DNA of 64,000 nt. Source: Bacilli bacterium (lineage in GTDB: Bacteria > Bacillota_I > Bacilli_A > RFN20 > CAG-826). The notes under the pieces were generated by a model. The model was given only the letters and a program-made list of their open reading frames with translations, had not been told where the DNA came from and made no database searches. Made by a program: the position numbers and the translations under genes. This document shows positions 18,474-29,271 of the stretch, piece by piece. Position 1 is the stretch's first letter, and each line of letters begins with the position of its first letter. Location: positions 1,295,131 to 1,359,130 of the forward strand of contig JAKVOO010000001.1 of the NCBI GenBank assembly GCA_022482735.1. The letters are read 5' to 3'.

Positions 18474-20594
18474 ATGAAACTTGTAATCGTGGAATCACCA
18501 ACTAAGAGCCATACTTTTAAACGCTACTTGGGTGAAGAATATGAAATTTTGCCCTCCGTAGGGCATATCCGAGATTTAGCAACCTCAGGTAAAGGTGGAC
18601 TTGGCGTTGATATTGAAAATAATTTTACCGCCCGATACGTTATTAATAAGGATAAAGCCACGGTCGTTCGCTCTTTAGAAAAAGCCGCTAAAAAAGCGGA
18701 TGAAGTTATTCTGGCAACCGACCCAGACCGTGAAGGAGAAGCTATTGCTTGGCATTTAGCGACAGTTTTAAAACTGCCGATTGAAAGTACCAAGCGACTT
18801 GAATTCCACGAAATCACCCGGGAATCAATTGCCGAAGCGATGGAAAAGCCGCGTACTATTGATATGAAATTAGTATCGAGTCAAGAGACACGTCGGGTTT
18901 TAGATCGAATAATTGGTTTTAAACTTTCTAGCCTACTATATAAAAAAATTAGATCCCGTTCGGCGGGCCGCGTCCAAAGCGCCGCTTTAAAGCTGATTTG
19001 TGATCATGAAAAAGAAATAAATGCATTTAAACCCGAAGAGTATTGGTCTTTGAATGTTGATATTGAGATTAAGGGAGTGGTATATAACCTAGCATTAGAC
19101 CGGGTTGATGGCAAGGCAGTAAAAATTAAAAACGAGCAGGAAATGAAAGATATTCTTGCTCGCCTTGAAACCTCACTGACCATAAGCTCAATCAAAGTTA
19201 ATGAGCGGGTAAAAACGAGCAAAGACCCTTTCACGACTTCAACTCTTCAGCAGGAAGCTTTTAATCGTTTTAATTTTCGAACCAAAAAAACCACGGTTGT
19301 GGCGCAGAAACTTTATGAAGGTCTTGCTGTTGAGAATGGAGAAAATGTTGGCTTAATTACTTATATGCGTACCGACTCTACCCGTTTGAGCGATTCATTC
19401 ATTAATCGGGCGAGCAATTATATTAGTGAGAACTTTGGCAAGGAATATATTAATCCTACGCAAAGGAATCGCATTCTTAAAGAAACCGAACAAGTTCAAG
19501 ATGCTCACGAGGCTATTCGCCCAACTTCCACGCATCGTACTCCGGAGTCAATTAAATCTTCTTTGAGCAAGGATGAATACAACTTATATCGATTGATTTA
19601 TGCACGGGCGATGGCTTCGCTTATGGCTCCTCGTAAGGAAGAAGTCACTGTGATAATCTTTTCTAGTCAAGGACTTGATTTTAAACTTGAGGGAGTTCAC
19701 ACCTTATTTGAAGGTTATGCTAAGGTAATGGGAGATTTAGAAACTAACCGTGACAAAGAGCTCCCCGTTTTGAGTGAAGGTGAAGCCTTTATCATCAAAT
19801 CTAAAACGCCGAAGCAAAACTTTACAAAAGCGCCTCCGCGGTATAATGAAGCCAAGTTAGTTAAGCTTATGGAAGAGTTAGGCATCGGTCGACCATCGAC
19901 ATATGCTTCCACTATCGAGACGATATTAGCCCGTAAATATGTTACTGGTACAGGCGGCATATTGACGCCAACTGACCAGGGAATGCTCACCAATTCTACT
20001 TTGGAGGAAAATTTTCCAGATCTAATTGACGCGAAATATACGGCTGATATGGAAAAGCAATTGGATGAAATTGCCGAAGGCGAACTATCACGTGTGGAAG
20101 TATTAAAGGATTTCTACTATCCTTTTGAGAAACTGGTTGAAGCGGCTAACACCAATATCGATAAAATTGCGGCCAAGGAAACAGGTGAATTATGTCCAGA
20201 ATGTGGGAGTCCACTTGTAATTCGTAAGGGTCGCTATGGAGAGTTCGTCGGTTGCTCAAATTACCCGACTTGCCATTATATTAAGCCACAACCAAAAGAT
20301 CCGCCGAAGTTTACTGGTGAAAATTGCCCACTTTGTGGAAAACCGTTGGTCGAGCGCAAAGATCGCAAGGGGCGTCCCTTCGTTGGTTGCTCGGGATATC
20401 CAGCCTGTCACTATATCAAAGGAAATGAAAACAAAGTCCCGCCGGTATATACCGAGAAAGATTATGTTAAGAAATGCCCGGATTGTGAAGATGGACATTT
20501 AGTAGTAAAAAAATCCAAATATGGAAATGACTATCTAGGATGTACGAATTTTCCTAAATGTCGACATATGGAATATATCAACAAGAAAAAGTAA
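18474..20594 (+). CDS. topA: DNA topoisomerase I with three C-terminal Zn ribbons
   Basis: LVIVESP, DPDREGEAI, SAGRVQS, LITYMRTDS, GIGRPSTY; three C4 repeats. Confidence 0.96.
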   Translation: MKLVIVESPTKSHTFKRYLGEEYEILPSVGHIRDLATSGKGGLGVDIENNFTARYVINKDKATVVRSLEKAAKKADEVILATDPDREGEAIAWHLATVLKLPIESTKRLEFHEITRESIAEAMEKPRTIDMKLVSSQETRRVLDRIIGFKLSSLLYKKIRSRSAGRVQSAALKLICDHEKEINAFKPEEYWSLNVDIEIKGVVYNLALDRVDGKAVKIKNEQEMKDILARLETSLTISSIKVNERVKTSKDPFTTSTLQQEAFNRFNFRTKKTTVVAQKLYEGLAVENGENVGLITYMRTDSTRLSDSFINRASNYISENFGKEYINPTQRNRILKETEQVQDAHEAIRPTSTHRTPESIKSSLSKDEYNLYRLIYARAMASLMAPRKEEVTVIIFSSQGLDFKLEGVHTLFEGYAKVMGDLETNRDKELPVLSEGEAFIIKSKTPKQNFTKAPPRYNEAKLVKLMEELGIGRPSTYASTIETILARKYVTGTGGILTPTDQGMLTNSTLEENFPDLIDAKYTADMEKQLDEIAEGELSRVEVLKDFYYPFEKLVEAANTNIDKIAAKETGELCPECGSPLVIRKGRYGEFVGCSNYPTCHYIKPQPKDPPKFTGENCPLCGKPLVERKDRKGRPFVGCSGYPACHYIKGNENKVPPVYTEKDYVKKCPDCEDGHLVVKKSKYGNDYLGCTNFPKCRHMEYINKKK

Positions 20595-20641
20595 GTTCGA
20601 CTTACTTTTTTCTTTTTCGCTCATGCTATAATTTAAACATT

Positions 20642-21922
20642 ATGAAACAACCGATAAATATTGTTGGTGCTGGGCTAGCCGGCACTGAAGCTGCTTATTA
20701 TCTTGCTAATCACCAAATTCCAGTTCGGCTTTTTGAAATGCGACCCCAAAAAATGACTCCTGCTCATCATAGTGAAAAATTTGCTGAATTAGTTTGTTCA
20801 AATTCACTTAAAAGCAAAAGTTTAGATAATGCTTGTGGTCTTCTAAAAGAGGAAATGCGCATCCTTGGTTCAATCACAATGGAGGCGGCCGCAAAAAGTG
20901 AAGTGCCGAGTGGCAACGCTTTGGCAGTGGACCGCGATCAGTTTTCGCAATATATCGATAGCAAAATTCGTAATCATCCGCTAATTGAAGTAGTTAATGA
21001 GGAAGTAAAAACCATTCCTAATGGAATAACGATAATTGCTTCTGGCCCACTGACCAGTGATGAACTAGCCAAGAATATTCAAAAACTCATTGGTCAAGAT
21101 ATGCTCGCTTTTTTTGATGCTTCCGCCCCAATCGTTGAAAAAGATTCGTTGGATTTAGACATTTTATATCGTAAATCGCGCTACGATCAAGACGAAGGAA
21201 GCTATCTAAATTCTGCAATGAACGAGGAGCAATATCGGCTTTTTTACCATGAACTTATAAATGCTAAAAAAGCACCGATTCATGATTTTGATGCCCAATA
21301 TTTTTCTGGATGTATGCCCATCGAAGTTATGGCCTCTCGAGGCGAAGATACGATTCGTTTTGGACCATTAAAACCTAAAGGACTTAGAAGGACGGTAGAT
21401 GATCATCCTTATGCCGTTATTCAACTTCGCCAAGATAATGCGGTTGACACCCTTTATAATCTTGTGGGGTTTCAAACTAATTTGACTTATGGAGAGCAGG
21501 AACGAGTGTTTCGCTTGATTCCTGGTTTAGCAAATGCCCGCTTTGTTCGCTATGGACTTATGCACCGGAACTCATATTTAAAGGCGCCAGCCGTTTTAAA
21601 TCACAATCTTTCGCTAAAAGCGCAAGATAATGTTTTTATAGCCGGTCAATTGAGCGGAGTAGAAGGCTATGTGGAAAGTTCAGCAATGGGAATTTTGGCG
21701 GCAATATTCGCTAAGGCAAAGTATGAGGAAAAAAAATTTCCTGATCCACCGATTAAATCGGTTATTGGAGCGCTTAATTACTATCTTCACTTTGCGTCTA
21801 TAAAAGATTTTGCTCCGATGAATGCCAATTTTGGAATCATATATGGAGCGACAAAAAATAATCGTCAGGCAACGATTGATGACGCTTTGAAGCTAATTCA
21901 GGAGTGGAAGAGTCTTCTATGA
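20642..21922 (+). CDS. trmFO: tRNA (uracil-5-)-methyltransferase TrmFO (Gid)
   Basis: GAGLAGTEAA, ELVCSNSL, GFQTNL, RYGLMHRN, AGQLSGVEGYVES. Confidence 0.95.
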   Translation: MKQPINIVGAGLAGTEAAYYLANHQIPVRLFEMRPQKMTPAHHSEKFAELVCSNSLKSKSLDNACGLLKEEMRILGSITMEAAAKSEVPSGNALAVDRDQFSQYIDSKIRNHPLIEVVNEEVKTIPNGITIIASGPLTSDELAKNIQKLIGQDMLAFFDASAPIVEKDSLDLDILYRKSRYDQDEGSYLNSAMNEEQYRLFYHELINAKKAPIHDFDAQYFSGCMPIEVMASRGEDTIRFGPLKPKGLRRTVDDHPYAVIQLRQDNAVDTLYNLVGFQTNLTYGEQERVFRLIPGLANARFVRYGLMHRNSYLKAPAVLNHNLSLKAQDNVFIAGQLSGVEGYVESSAMGILAAIFAKAKYEEKKFPDPPIKSVIGALNYYLHFASIKDFAPMNANFGIIYGATKNNRQATIDDALKLIQEWKSLL

Positions 21923-22872
21923 TTTCCTCCTTAAGTGATTTTTTGGTCTATCTGCGCCTTAATCGCAACTATTCTCCACGGACGATAAGTTCATATCAAT
22001 TAGACTGCCAAGACTTTTATGGTTTTCTATTAAATGTTGGAGTGGAAGATCAAAAAGTGACAATTGAAGACATTCGTCAATATCTCGTTGCCCAGTTGAC
22101 TAAGGGATTAAGCCGCAGAACAATTAAACGGCGCCTTTCCGCCTTAAGAAGTTACTATGATTTTTTAGAAAGTAAAAAAATAGTTGAGATAAATCCGTTT
22201 TCCCTAGTTAATTCACCTAAAGCGGAAAAGCGCTATCCGCAGGTTCTTGATCAGGCTAATGCTCAACTTTTGCTAGACGCAAATTTCAAACGAAAAGATT
22301 GGTTGATGATTCGCGACCAAACGCTTTTATATTTTCTTATCGATAGCGGACTTCGCGTTTCGGAAATAACTAATCTCGATTTTCTTTGGGTGGATGTTAA
22401 TCAACGAGTGATGCGAATAAGAGGTAAGGGAAATAAAGATCGCCTCGTTCCATTTTCATTGGAAGCAAAGGATTCATTACTCCAGTATCGCGATGAACTG
22501 CGGCCTATTTTAAAAGAGAAAAATAATGATGCTAAAACCAACACAATAGTGTTTCTTTCTGCTACGGGAAGAAAATTAACTTCCCGGGGGGTTGAATATA
22601 TTCTCGACGAAATACAAAAAAAGACCGGCCTATTTGTTCACCTTCACCCTCATTTATTGCGGCATACTTTTGCCACGCATCTACTAGATAAAGGAGCGGA
22701 TCTTCGTCTCATTCAAGAGTTACTCGGGCATGCGTCCATTTCCACTACTCAGGTTTACACGCATGTTTCTTCACAAGCCATGCAGCGAGAGTATTTTGCC
22801 TCCCATCCGCGGGCTCGAGTGAGTAGGGCGGAAGAGATAGTTGACTATAAAGGAAAAAAAGAGGAAAAGTAG
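21919..22872 (+). CDS. xerC: Tyrosine recombinase XerC (CodV-like)
   Basis: GLRVSE, GKGNKDR, HPHLLRHTFATHLL, LLGH..TTQVY; conserved topA-trmFO-xerC context. Confidence 0.88.
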   Translation: MISSLSDFLVYLRLNRNYSPRTISSYQLDCQDFYGFLLNVGVEDQKVTIEDIRQYLVAQLTKGLSRRTIKRRLSALRSYYDFLESKKIVEINPFSLVNSPKAEKRYPQVLDQANAQLLLDANFKRKDWLMIRDQTLLYFLIDSGLRVSEITNLDFLWVDVNQRVMRIRGKGNKDRLVPFSLEAKDSLLQYRDELRPILKEKNNDAKTNTIVFLSATGRKLTSRGVEYILDEIQKKTGLFVHLHPHLLRHTFATHLLDKGADLRLIQELLGHASISTTQVYTHVSSQAMQREYFASHPRARVSRAEEIVDYKGKKEEK

Positions 22873-22976
22873 TTGTTTTGGTGCCCTTTAACCATTTTTG
22901 CGGTTAAGCATTTTTTCTTGCGCAAGTGGGACCTACTATGATAATATTATTCCGGCTCTCTATAAGAGAGACTATG

Positions 22977-23058
22977 ACACATTGTAGATTCATACTCCAG
23001 GTCCTCGGAAAATTGTTTCCTTGAGGGGAGCGTGTTCGAAGCAATGGAAGTTAAAACA
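22977..23058 (+). promoter_or_regulatory. rpsB (S2) leader RNA
   Basis: ACAC-attgt...gcaatg-GAAG closing helix with nested ctcc/ggag and cctc/gagg stems, in the rpsB 5' UTR where the S2 leader sits. Confidence 0.65.
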
Positions 23059-23075
23059 AATAGGAGGTCTTCATT

Positions 23076-24044
23076 ATGAGTGAAGAGAAAGAAGTAGTCT
23101 TAGCCGAAGCCGTAGAAGAAAAGCCAGTTGATGCCATGGCGTCCGTTTTACCGGATGAAAATCGTCCATTAGTTACGATGAAACGGCTACTTGAAGCCGG
23201 ATCCCATTTTGGTCATCAAACCCGTCGCTGGAATCCAAAGATGTCCAAGTATATCTATGGTTCACGCAGTGGCGTTCATATCCTTGACTTAACTCAAACA
23301 GTTACCAAAATTGAGGAAGCTTATGCCGCACTTAAAGAGATAGTTCTTGCTGGCGGAAAAGTTTTATTTGTTGGCACCCGTAAACAATATCAAGATGCCG
23401 TTCGTGAAGAAGCTCTTCGCTCCGGCTCTTTCTATATCACCGCGCGTTGGCTCGGTGGAACATTAACGAATTTTCGGACGATCCAAAGTCGGGTTCGGTA
23501 TCTTCGTGATTTAGAAAAACAAGAAGAGGATGGAACTTTAGATTTACTTCCAAAGAAGGAAGCGGCTGGTTTACGGAAAGAAAAAGAAAAACTTACCAAA
23601 AACCTTGAAGGCATTAAGGAAATGCGCAAAGTACCAAATGCCATCTTCGTTATCGATCCCAAAGTGGAACACAATGCGGTCAATGAAGCTCGGAAACTTA
23701 ATATTCCAGTGTTTGCGATTGTGGATACCAATGCTGATCCCGATGAAGTTGATTATGTGATTCCCGCGAATGATGATGCGATTCGCAGTGTGCGTCTTAT
23801 TCTCGCATTAGCCGCGGATGCAATTGTCGAAGCTAAGGGTGGCAATCCAGTTGTTGCTTATGCTAAGGATGAAGACTTAGTGGAAGATGTAACGATGGAC
23901 AAGGCCGTATCGTCAAAAGAAGCGGTAGTCGACAAGGACCAAGCTCCACGGCGGATTCGCAAAGAATCAACCGATCATAGCGACAAACCTTTATCGGACA
24001 AGGCCGAACATAGAGTAAATAAAGAAACAGCTAAAGCTGAGTAA
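23076..24044 (+). CDS. rpsB: 30S ribosomal protein S2
   Basis: [39 protein letters not shown]. Confidence 0.97.
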   Translation: MSEEKEVVLAEAVEEKPVDAMASVLPDENRPLVTMKRLLEAGSHFGHQTRRWNPKMSKYIYGSRSGVHILDLTQTVTKIEEAYAALKEIVLAGGKVLFVGTRKQYQDAVREEALRSGSFYITARWLGGTLTNFRTIQSRVRYLRDLEKQEEDGTLDLLPKKEAAGLRKEKEKLTKNLEGIKEMRKVPNAIFVIDPKVEHNAVNEARKLNIPVFAIVDTNADPDEVDYVIPANDDAIRSVRLILALAADAIVEAKGGNPVVAYAKDEDLVEDVTMDKAVSSKEAVVDKDQAPRRIRKESTDHSDKPLSDKAEHRVNKETAKAE

Positions 24045-24070
24045 TTTTAGAATCGAAAGGAGTATTCTAA

Positions 24071-24943
24071 ATGGGAGTAGACGTTAAATTAATTAAAGAG
24101 CTGCGGGAAACAACCGGAGCAGGAATGATGGATTGTAAGAAAGCCCTTGAAGCAACGGGTGGCGATGTTGATGCCGCTAAAGACTGGTTGCGGGAGAAAG
24201 GCATTACAACTATTGCTAAAAAAGAAGCAAGAATTGCGGCCGAAGGCAAAACTCTCGTCAAGATTTGCGAGAAATGCGGACGTGCGGTTATTCTTGAAGT
24301 GAATTGTGAAACGGATTTTGTCAGCAATGGTGAAGCCTTTGGACATTTAGTTGAGCAAGTTGCGGGTATTATCCTTGATAAGGATCTTAAAACCGTGGAA
24401 GAGGCAACTGAGGCTACCAAAGAGTTGTTCATTGATGCGACAATCAAGATGGGAGAGAAACTTGCTCTTCGTCGGTTTGTTATTGTTGAATTAAAAGATG
24501 GCGAGGCTTTTGGAAGCTATTCGCACATGAATGGAAAGATTAATGTCCTTCTCGTCTTGAATAAGGCTGATGAGGAAGTTGCTAAAGGATTGGCGATGCA
24601 TATCGCAGCGAATAACCCTTTATACATTGATAGTACTTCAATTCCAGCGGATGTTATCGAACATGAAAATGAGATTCAACTTGAGGCGGCAAAAAATGAT
24701 CCTAAACTTCAAGACAAGAATCCAGATATGCTTAAGAATATTATTCGCGGTAAGGTTGCTAAATTCCTTAGTGAATCGACCTTGAGTGAACAAGTTTACT
24801 TGCTTGATGGCGAAAAAAAGGTCGGGCAATTCCTTAAGGAAAAAGGACTCGTGGTCAAACAATTCATCCGTTATCAAGTGGGTGAAGGAATCGCGAAGCG
24901 CGAAGATGACTTTGCAAAAGAAGTCATGGAAGCTGCTAAGTAA
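24071..24943 (+). CDS. tsf: Elongation factor Ts
   Basis: LRETTGAGMMDCKKAL, EVNCETDFV, MHIAA. Confidence 0.97.
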   Translation: MGVDVKLIKELRETTGAGMMDCKKALEATGGDVDAAKDWLREKGITTIAKKEARIAAEGKTLVKICEKCGRAVILEVNCETDFVSNGEAFGHLVEQVAGIILDKDLKTVEEATEATKELFIDATIKMGEKLALRRFVIVELKDGEAFGSYSHMNGKINVLLVLNKADEEVAKGLAMHIAANNPLYIDSTSIPADVIEHENEIQLEAAKNDPKLQDKNPDMLKNIIRGKVAKFLSESTLSEQVYLLDGEKKVGQFLKEKGLVVKQFIRYQVGEGIAKREDDFAKEVMEAAK

Positions 24944-24949
24944 TTAATT

Positions 24950-24979
24950 AGAACACTCCTTTTCGAGTGTTCTTTTTTT
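24950..24979 (+). terminator. Terminator after tsf
   Basis: agaacactc..gagtgttct + T run. Confidence 0.8.
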
Positions 24980-24997
24980 AAAAAATAGGAGGATGCT

Positions 24998-25732
24998 ATG
25001 GCTAAGTACAAACGCGTTGTTCTTAAACTATCCGGTGAGGCGCTAGCAAACAAAGAAGAAAAACTAATTTTGAATGCGGATAAGCTCAAGTCAGTGGCTC
25101 GTTCTATTGCCGCTTTGACTGAGGGTGGGGTTCAAGTCGGTGTAGTCATCGGTGCTGGTAATATTTGGCGCGGCAAACTTGCTGATGCAATTGGAATCGA
25201 GCGCGGAACAGCGGACTATATGGGAATGCTGGGAACGATAATTAATTGTTTAGCCCTTCAAAGTACGCTGGAAGAAATAGGTCTTCAGGCTCGGGTTTTA
25301 AGTGCGATTGAAGTCGAGGCTGTCTGTGAGCCTTATATCAAAAGACGGGCAATTCGTCACTTGGAAAAAGGCCGAGTTGTCATCTTTGCTGGTGGCACTG
25401 GCAATCCCTTTTTCACTACTGACTCATGTGCCGCTTTAAGAGCTTTAGACATCGAAGCCGAGGCAATACTAATGGCTAAAAATGGCGTGGAAGGTGTTTA
25501 TACCGGAGATCCGAGAACCGATAAAGATGCTAAGTTTATCTCGCACTTGACCTACGCTGAAATGACAAAAAAACAATTAAAAGTTATGGATCAAACAGCG
25601 GTGAGTTTGCTTGCCTCTTCCTCCATAGATACAATTGTTTTTAATATGGCGGATGAGAACAATTTCATTAAAGCCGTTAATGGAGAAAAGATCGGAACGA
25701 TTATTAGCAAAGGAGATATTAATAATGGATGA
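24998..25732 (+). CDS. pyrH: UMP kinase
   Basis: LKLSGEAL, GAGNIWRG, GTGNPFFTTD. Confidence 0.96.
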   Translation: MAKYKRVVLKLSGEALANKEEKLILNADKLKSVARSIAALTEGGVQVGVVIGAGNIWRGKLADAIGIERGTADYMGMLGTIINCLALQSTLEEIGLQARVLSAIEVEAVCEPYIKRRAIRHLEKGRVVIFAGGTGNPFFTTDSCAALRALDIEAEAILMAKNGVEGVYTGDPRTDKDAKFISHLTYAEMTKKQLKVMDQTAVSLLASSSIDTIVFNMADENNFIKAVNGEKIGTIISKGDINNG

Positions 25733-26270
25733 ACTAGCTTTAGAGATGCAATCCAATATGGACAAAACGATTGCCAATCTTGAGGAACAATTTAAAACTC
25801 TACGCACGGGTAGAGCTTCTTCTTCGGTGCTCGACCGCATTGAATGCGACTATTATGGAGACCGAATTCCCGTTAATCAAATTTCTTCTATTTCTATTCC
25901 GGAGCCTCGCCAAATTCTTATTAAGCCCTATGATCGTAACGATGTTCGGGCGATTGTTGAGGCGATAAGCAAAAGTGATTTGGGAATTAATCCCATTAAC
26001 GATGGCAATCAAATCCGGCTGGTTTTTCCTCCGCTTACCGAGGAAAGACGTAAGGATTTAGTTAAAACTGCCAAAAAATATGCGGAAGATTCAAAAGTGG
26101 CGATTCGCAATATTCGGCGTGATTATCTTGAATTACTCAAAGCAAGCGATGAATATAGCGATGATTTAAAAAAACGAATTGAAGCCGACATCCAAAAAGT
26201 GACCGAGGATACTAATAAGAAAGTTGAATTGGTGTTTAAGGATAAAGAAGTCGAAATCATGACGATTTAA
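25725..26270 (+). CDS. frr: Ribosome recycling factor
   Basis: LRTGRA, PPLTEERRK, KVAIRNIRRD; AGGAG RBS before ATG 25725. Confidence 0.96.
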   Translation: MDELALEMQSNMDKTIANLEEQFKTLRTGRASSSVLDRIECDYYGDRIPVNQISSISIPEPRQILIKPYDRNDVRAIVEAISKSDLGINPINDGNQIRLVFPPLTEERRKDLVKTAKKYAEDSKVAIRNIRRDYLELLKASDEYSDDLKKRIEADIQKVTEDTNKKVELVFKDKEVEIMTI

Positions 26271-26277
26271 GATTTAA

Positions 26278-26303
26278 AGAAGCCACTTCTGGTGGCTTTT
26301 TTT
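26278..26303 (+). terminator. Terminator after frr
   Basis: aagccac..gtggctt + T run. Confidence 0.8.
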
Positions 26304-26381
26304 AAAAGAATAAAAACCTTTTTTGCATATTTTAATCTTTATGTAGTCTAATGTATAATATACTCAACCAAAGGAGAATCT

Positions 26382-27119
26382 ATGGCACAAAATAAGCCGC
26401 TTGAAATCGTCCATATTCCCAATCACATCGCCATTATTATGGATGGGAATGGAAGATGGGCCAAACGAAGATTACTCCCGCGAACAGCCGGTCATCGAGT
26501 TGGCGCGAAAAACATTTTTGCCATTGCCGATGCCGCAATCGAAAATAAGGTTAAAGTGTTGTCCATTTTCGCATTTTCTACCGAGAATTGGAATCGCCCG
26601 CAAGATGAGATTGATTTTCTTTTTGGTTATTTAGAGAGCGAGTTTAATAAGCGTTTGCCGGAGCTGATGGCAAAAGATATTCGCATTATTTTTTCGGGAT
26701 TTCCCGATCCCCTTCCTTTAAGTACCCAAGCAGTTATTAAAGAGGCGATGGCGAAAACGAAGGACAATCAAGGCTTAGTTCTTAATATTTGCTTAAACTA
26801 TGGTGGCCGCAAAGATATTGTACAAGCGGCTAAAAAAATCGCCAGTGAAGTTCAGATGGGGAAAATCAATGTTGATGAGGTAGATGAGAATACCTTTAAG
26901 GCCGCTTTGCTTACCGATCCTTTGCCGGATGTCGATCTACTCATCCGAACAAGTGGAGAGATGCGGATTTCTAATTTTATGCTTTATCAAATGGCCTATG
27001 CAGAATTTTATTTTACAAATACGCTCTGGCCAGACTTTAAAAAGGGTGATTTTCAAAAGGCGATTCTAGCCTATAACAAACGCGATCGACGTTACGGGGG
27101 TATCAAAAATGAGCGTTAA
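26382..27119 (+). CDS. uppS: Undecaprenyl diphosphate synthase
   Basis: HIAIIMDGNGRWA, FSTENW, NYGGR, IRTSGEMRISNF. Confidence 0.95.
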   Translation: MAQNKPLEIVHIPNHIAIIMDGNGRWAKRRLLPRTAGHRVGAKNIFAIADAAIENKVKVLSIFAFSTENWNRPQDEIDFLFGYLESEFNKRLPELMAKDIRIIFSGFPDPLPLSTQAVIKEAMAKTKDNQGLVLNICLNYGGRKDIVQAAKKIASEVQMGKINVDEVDENTFKAALLTDPLPDVDLLIRTSGEMRISNFMLYQMAYAEFYFTNTLWPDFKKGDFQKAILAYNKRDRRYGGIKNER

Positions 27120-28119
27120 TCATCTTGATCAAAAAACTAAATCTTCAATGACGGCCAGAATTATCACTGCGGTTTTAATAGCGGCCGTAGCTCTCCCTTG
27201 TCTGCTTTTGGGTGGGTGGTTTTATATGGGGCTGATTTTTGTCGCCCTTTTTATTGCTATTCATGAGTTCATTAATGCGGTAAATCATGAAAAATATCCT
27301 TTGTTCGCGCATATTTTTATTTATGTGATGACGATTAGTTTCGTCTATTGGATTTTTATGCGGAATAACATCGAGAACAATTTAGCCAATGGCCTAGGAG
27401 CTTTTGATCTTAGTGCATGGTCATTAACCAGTGGCTTTGATGATATAAAGATTTCCACCATGGGAGTAGCCGTTACCTTATTCGTTCTTTTCCTTTTTTC
27501 AATCAGTTGCAAGAATTTTCAAATCAATGATGTTACCTATATATTTACGATGATAGTTTTTATCAGCATCGGCTTTCAAAGTTTTTTATTTCTACGTTTC
27601 TTCCCAATGACGAGTTTTGCCAATGCGGGTTTAAGTATCCCCAATGCCGTACAATCATCATTCCTATTTGTTTATGTGATTATCGGAACTATTGCTAATG
27701 ACATCGGGGCATATTTTATTGGTGTTTTCTTTGGAAAACATAAGTTGAATGAACGGATTAGTCCAAAGAAAACATGGGAAGGGTTTTGGGGTGGAATTGT
27801 TTTTTCCGCCATTCTTTCTCTCGGCTTTGCCGCTTTGGTAACTTCACTTGGCCATCCGATGTTACCTTTTTTATCTTTTGAAAATTGGTATTGGATTGTG
27901 CTTCTTTCGCTTTTAATTCCGTTTATTGCTGATTTAGGCGATTTTATCTTCTCGGCTCTAAAGCGGCATTTTGGCATTAAAGATTATGGAACTTTCCTTC
28001 GTGGGCATGGTGGAATTCTCGATCGCCTAGATTCCTTGATTACTGTCGCTTTTGCGGTGGCGGTTATTGTTATTTTAATTTCTAATTTTACCATTTCGGG
28101 GAACCCAATTCTGATATGA
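27109..28119 (+). CDS. cdsA: Phosphatidate cytidylyltransferase
   Basis: DIGAYFIG, ISPKKTWEG, KDYG..GHGGILDRLDS. Confidence 0.94.
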   Translation: MSVNHLDQKTKSSMTARIITAVLIAAVALPCLLLGGWFYMGLIFVALFIAIHEFINAVNHEKYPLFAHIFIYVMTISFVYWIFMRNNIENNLANGLGAFDLSAWSLTSGFDDIKISTMGVAVTLFVLFLFSISCKNFQINDVTYIFTMIVFISIGFQSFLFLRFFPMTSFANAGLSIPNAVQSSFLFVYVIIGTIANDIGAYFIGVFFGKHKLNERISPKKTWEGFWGGIVFSAILSLGFAALVTSLGHPMLPFLSFENWYWIVLLSLLIPFIADLGDFIFSALKRHFGIKDYGTFLRGHGGILDRLDSLITVAFAVAVIVILISNFTISGNPILI

Positions 28120-29270
28120 AGAAAATACTTCTTTTAGGGGCAAGTGGTTCAATTGGTCGCCAAACAATCGATATTTTACAGAGCCGAAGAGAAGATTTTT
28201 CGCTTCTGGGCTTTTCAGTCGGTAATCAGGATAACCTTATCGTTTCCTTAATTACTTCATTTCCGGAAGTCCAATCGATTTTTTTGCTTAATAAGAGGCG
28301 AATTCCCGAGCTTAGCAAACAATTTCCGCACATTAATTTCTTTTCAGGCGAAGATGGTATTAAAAGACTTATAGAATCTTTGCAAGTTGATTTGATGATT
28401 AATGCTCTAGTGGGTTTTATAGGATTAGAGCCGACGATTTTAGCCCTTCAGCAAGGAATTGATGTCGCCACGGCTAATAAGGAAGCGTTGGTAGTTGGTG
28501 GGAAGCTTATCAATGAAATTATTGCCTCCGGCAAAGTTCATCTTTATCCGATTGATAGCGAGCACGTTGCCATTAGCAAGGCACTAAAAGGAAATGAACA
28601 GACGGCACAAAGACTGATATTAACCGCGAGTGGCGGGCCGTTCCTTCATTTGTCGCGGACAGAAATGACAAAAGTGACTGTGCAAGAAGCCCTTCATCAC
28701 CCAAGTTGGAAAATGGGAAAGAAAATTACAATTGACAGTGCAACCTTGATGAATAAGGGCTTTGAAATTATTGAAGCCCACTACCTTTTTAATTTTCCAG
28801 TTGATAAAATAGATGTGCTTTTTCACCCAGAAAGCAAAATTCATTCGCTTGTTTATTTTGCCGATGGATCCTACTTAGCAGATATTGGACCGAGTGATAT
28901 GCGCATCCCCATTGGCTATGCGCTATACGGGGGTCAACGTAAAGTCGGACTTCCGCATAATGACCTTACGCTTGATTCTTTCCCCACATTTCATTTTGAG
29001 CCATTAGACGACGAAAAATTCCCCTTGGTATCGATAGCGAAGGAAGCAATCCGTATTGGCGGAAGTTTACCTTGTGTATTAAATGCCGCAAACGAAGTGG
29101 CAGTCTATGCCTTTTTAGAGGAACAAATACCTTTTCTTGGAATAGAAGAGGTGATAAAGTGGGCATTAGATAATGCAAAAGTGATTGGTGAACCTTCACT
29201 TGAAGAGCTGATTGCTGTCGATAAAATGACTAGGACGCTGGTTACAAACTACATTAAAGGAAAATACTAA
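28116..29270 (+). CDS. dxr: 1-deoxy-D-xylulose-5-phosphate reductoisomerase
   Basis: LGASGSIG, ANKEALV, PIDSEH, TASGGPF, MGKKITIDSATLMNKG. Confidence 0.95.
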   Translation: MKKILLLGASGSIGRQTIDILQSRREDFSLLGFSVGNQDNLIVSLITSFPEVQSIFLLNKRRIPELSKQFPHINFFSGEDGIKRLIESLQVDLMINALVGFIGLEPTILALQQGIDVATANKEALVVGGKLINEIIASGKVHLYPIDSEHVAISKALKGNEQTAQRLILTASGGPFLHLSRTEMTKVTVQEALHHPSWKMGKKITIDSATLMNKGFEIIEAHYLFNFPVDKIDVLFHPESKIHSLVYFADGSYLADIGPSDMRIPIGYALYGGQRKVGLPHNDLTLDSFPTFHFEPLDDEKFPLVSIAKEAIRIGGSLPCVLNAANEVAVYAFLEEQIPFLGIEEVIKWALDNAKVIGEPSLEELIAVDKMTRTLVTNYIKGKY

Positions 29271-29271
29271 T

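Noticed and set aside
21919-22872. Prophage or ICE integrase
   Set aside because: It lies in the canonical topA-trmFO-xerC housekeeping context with no phage genes or att repeats.
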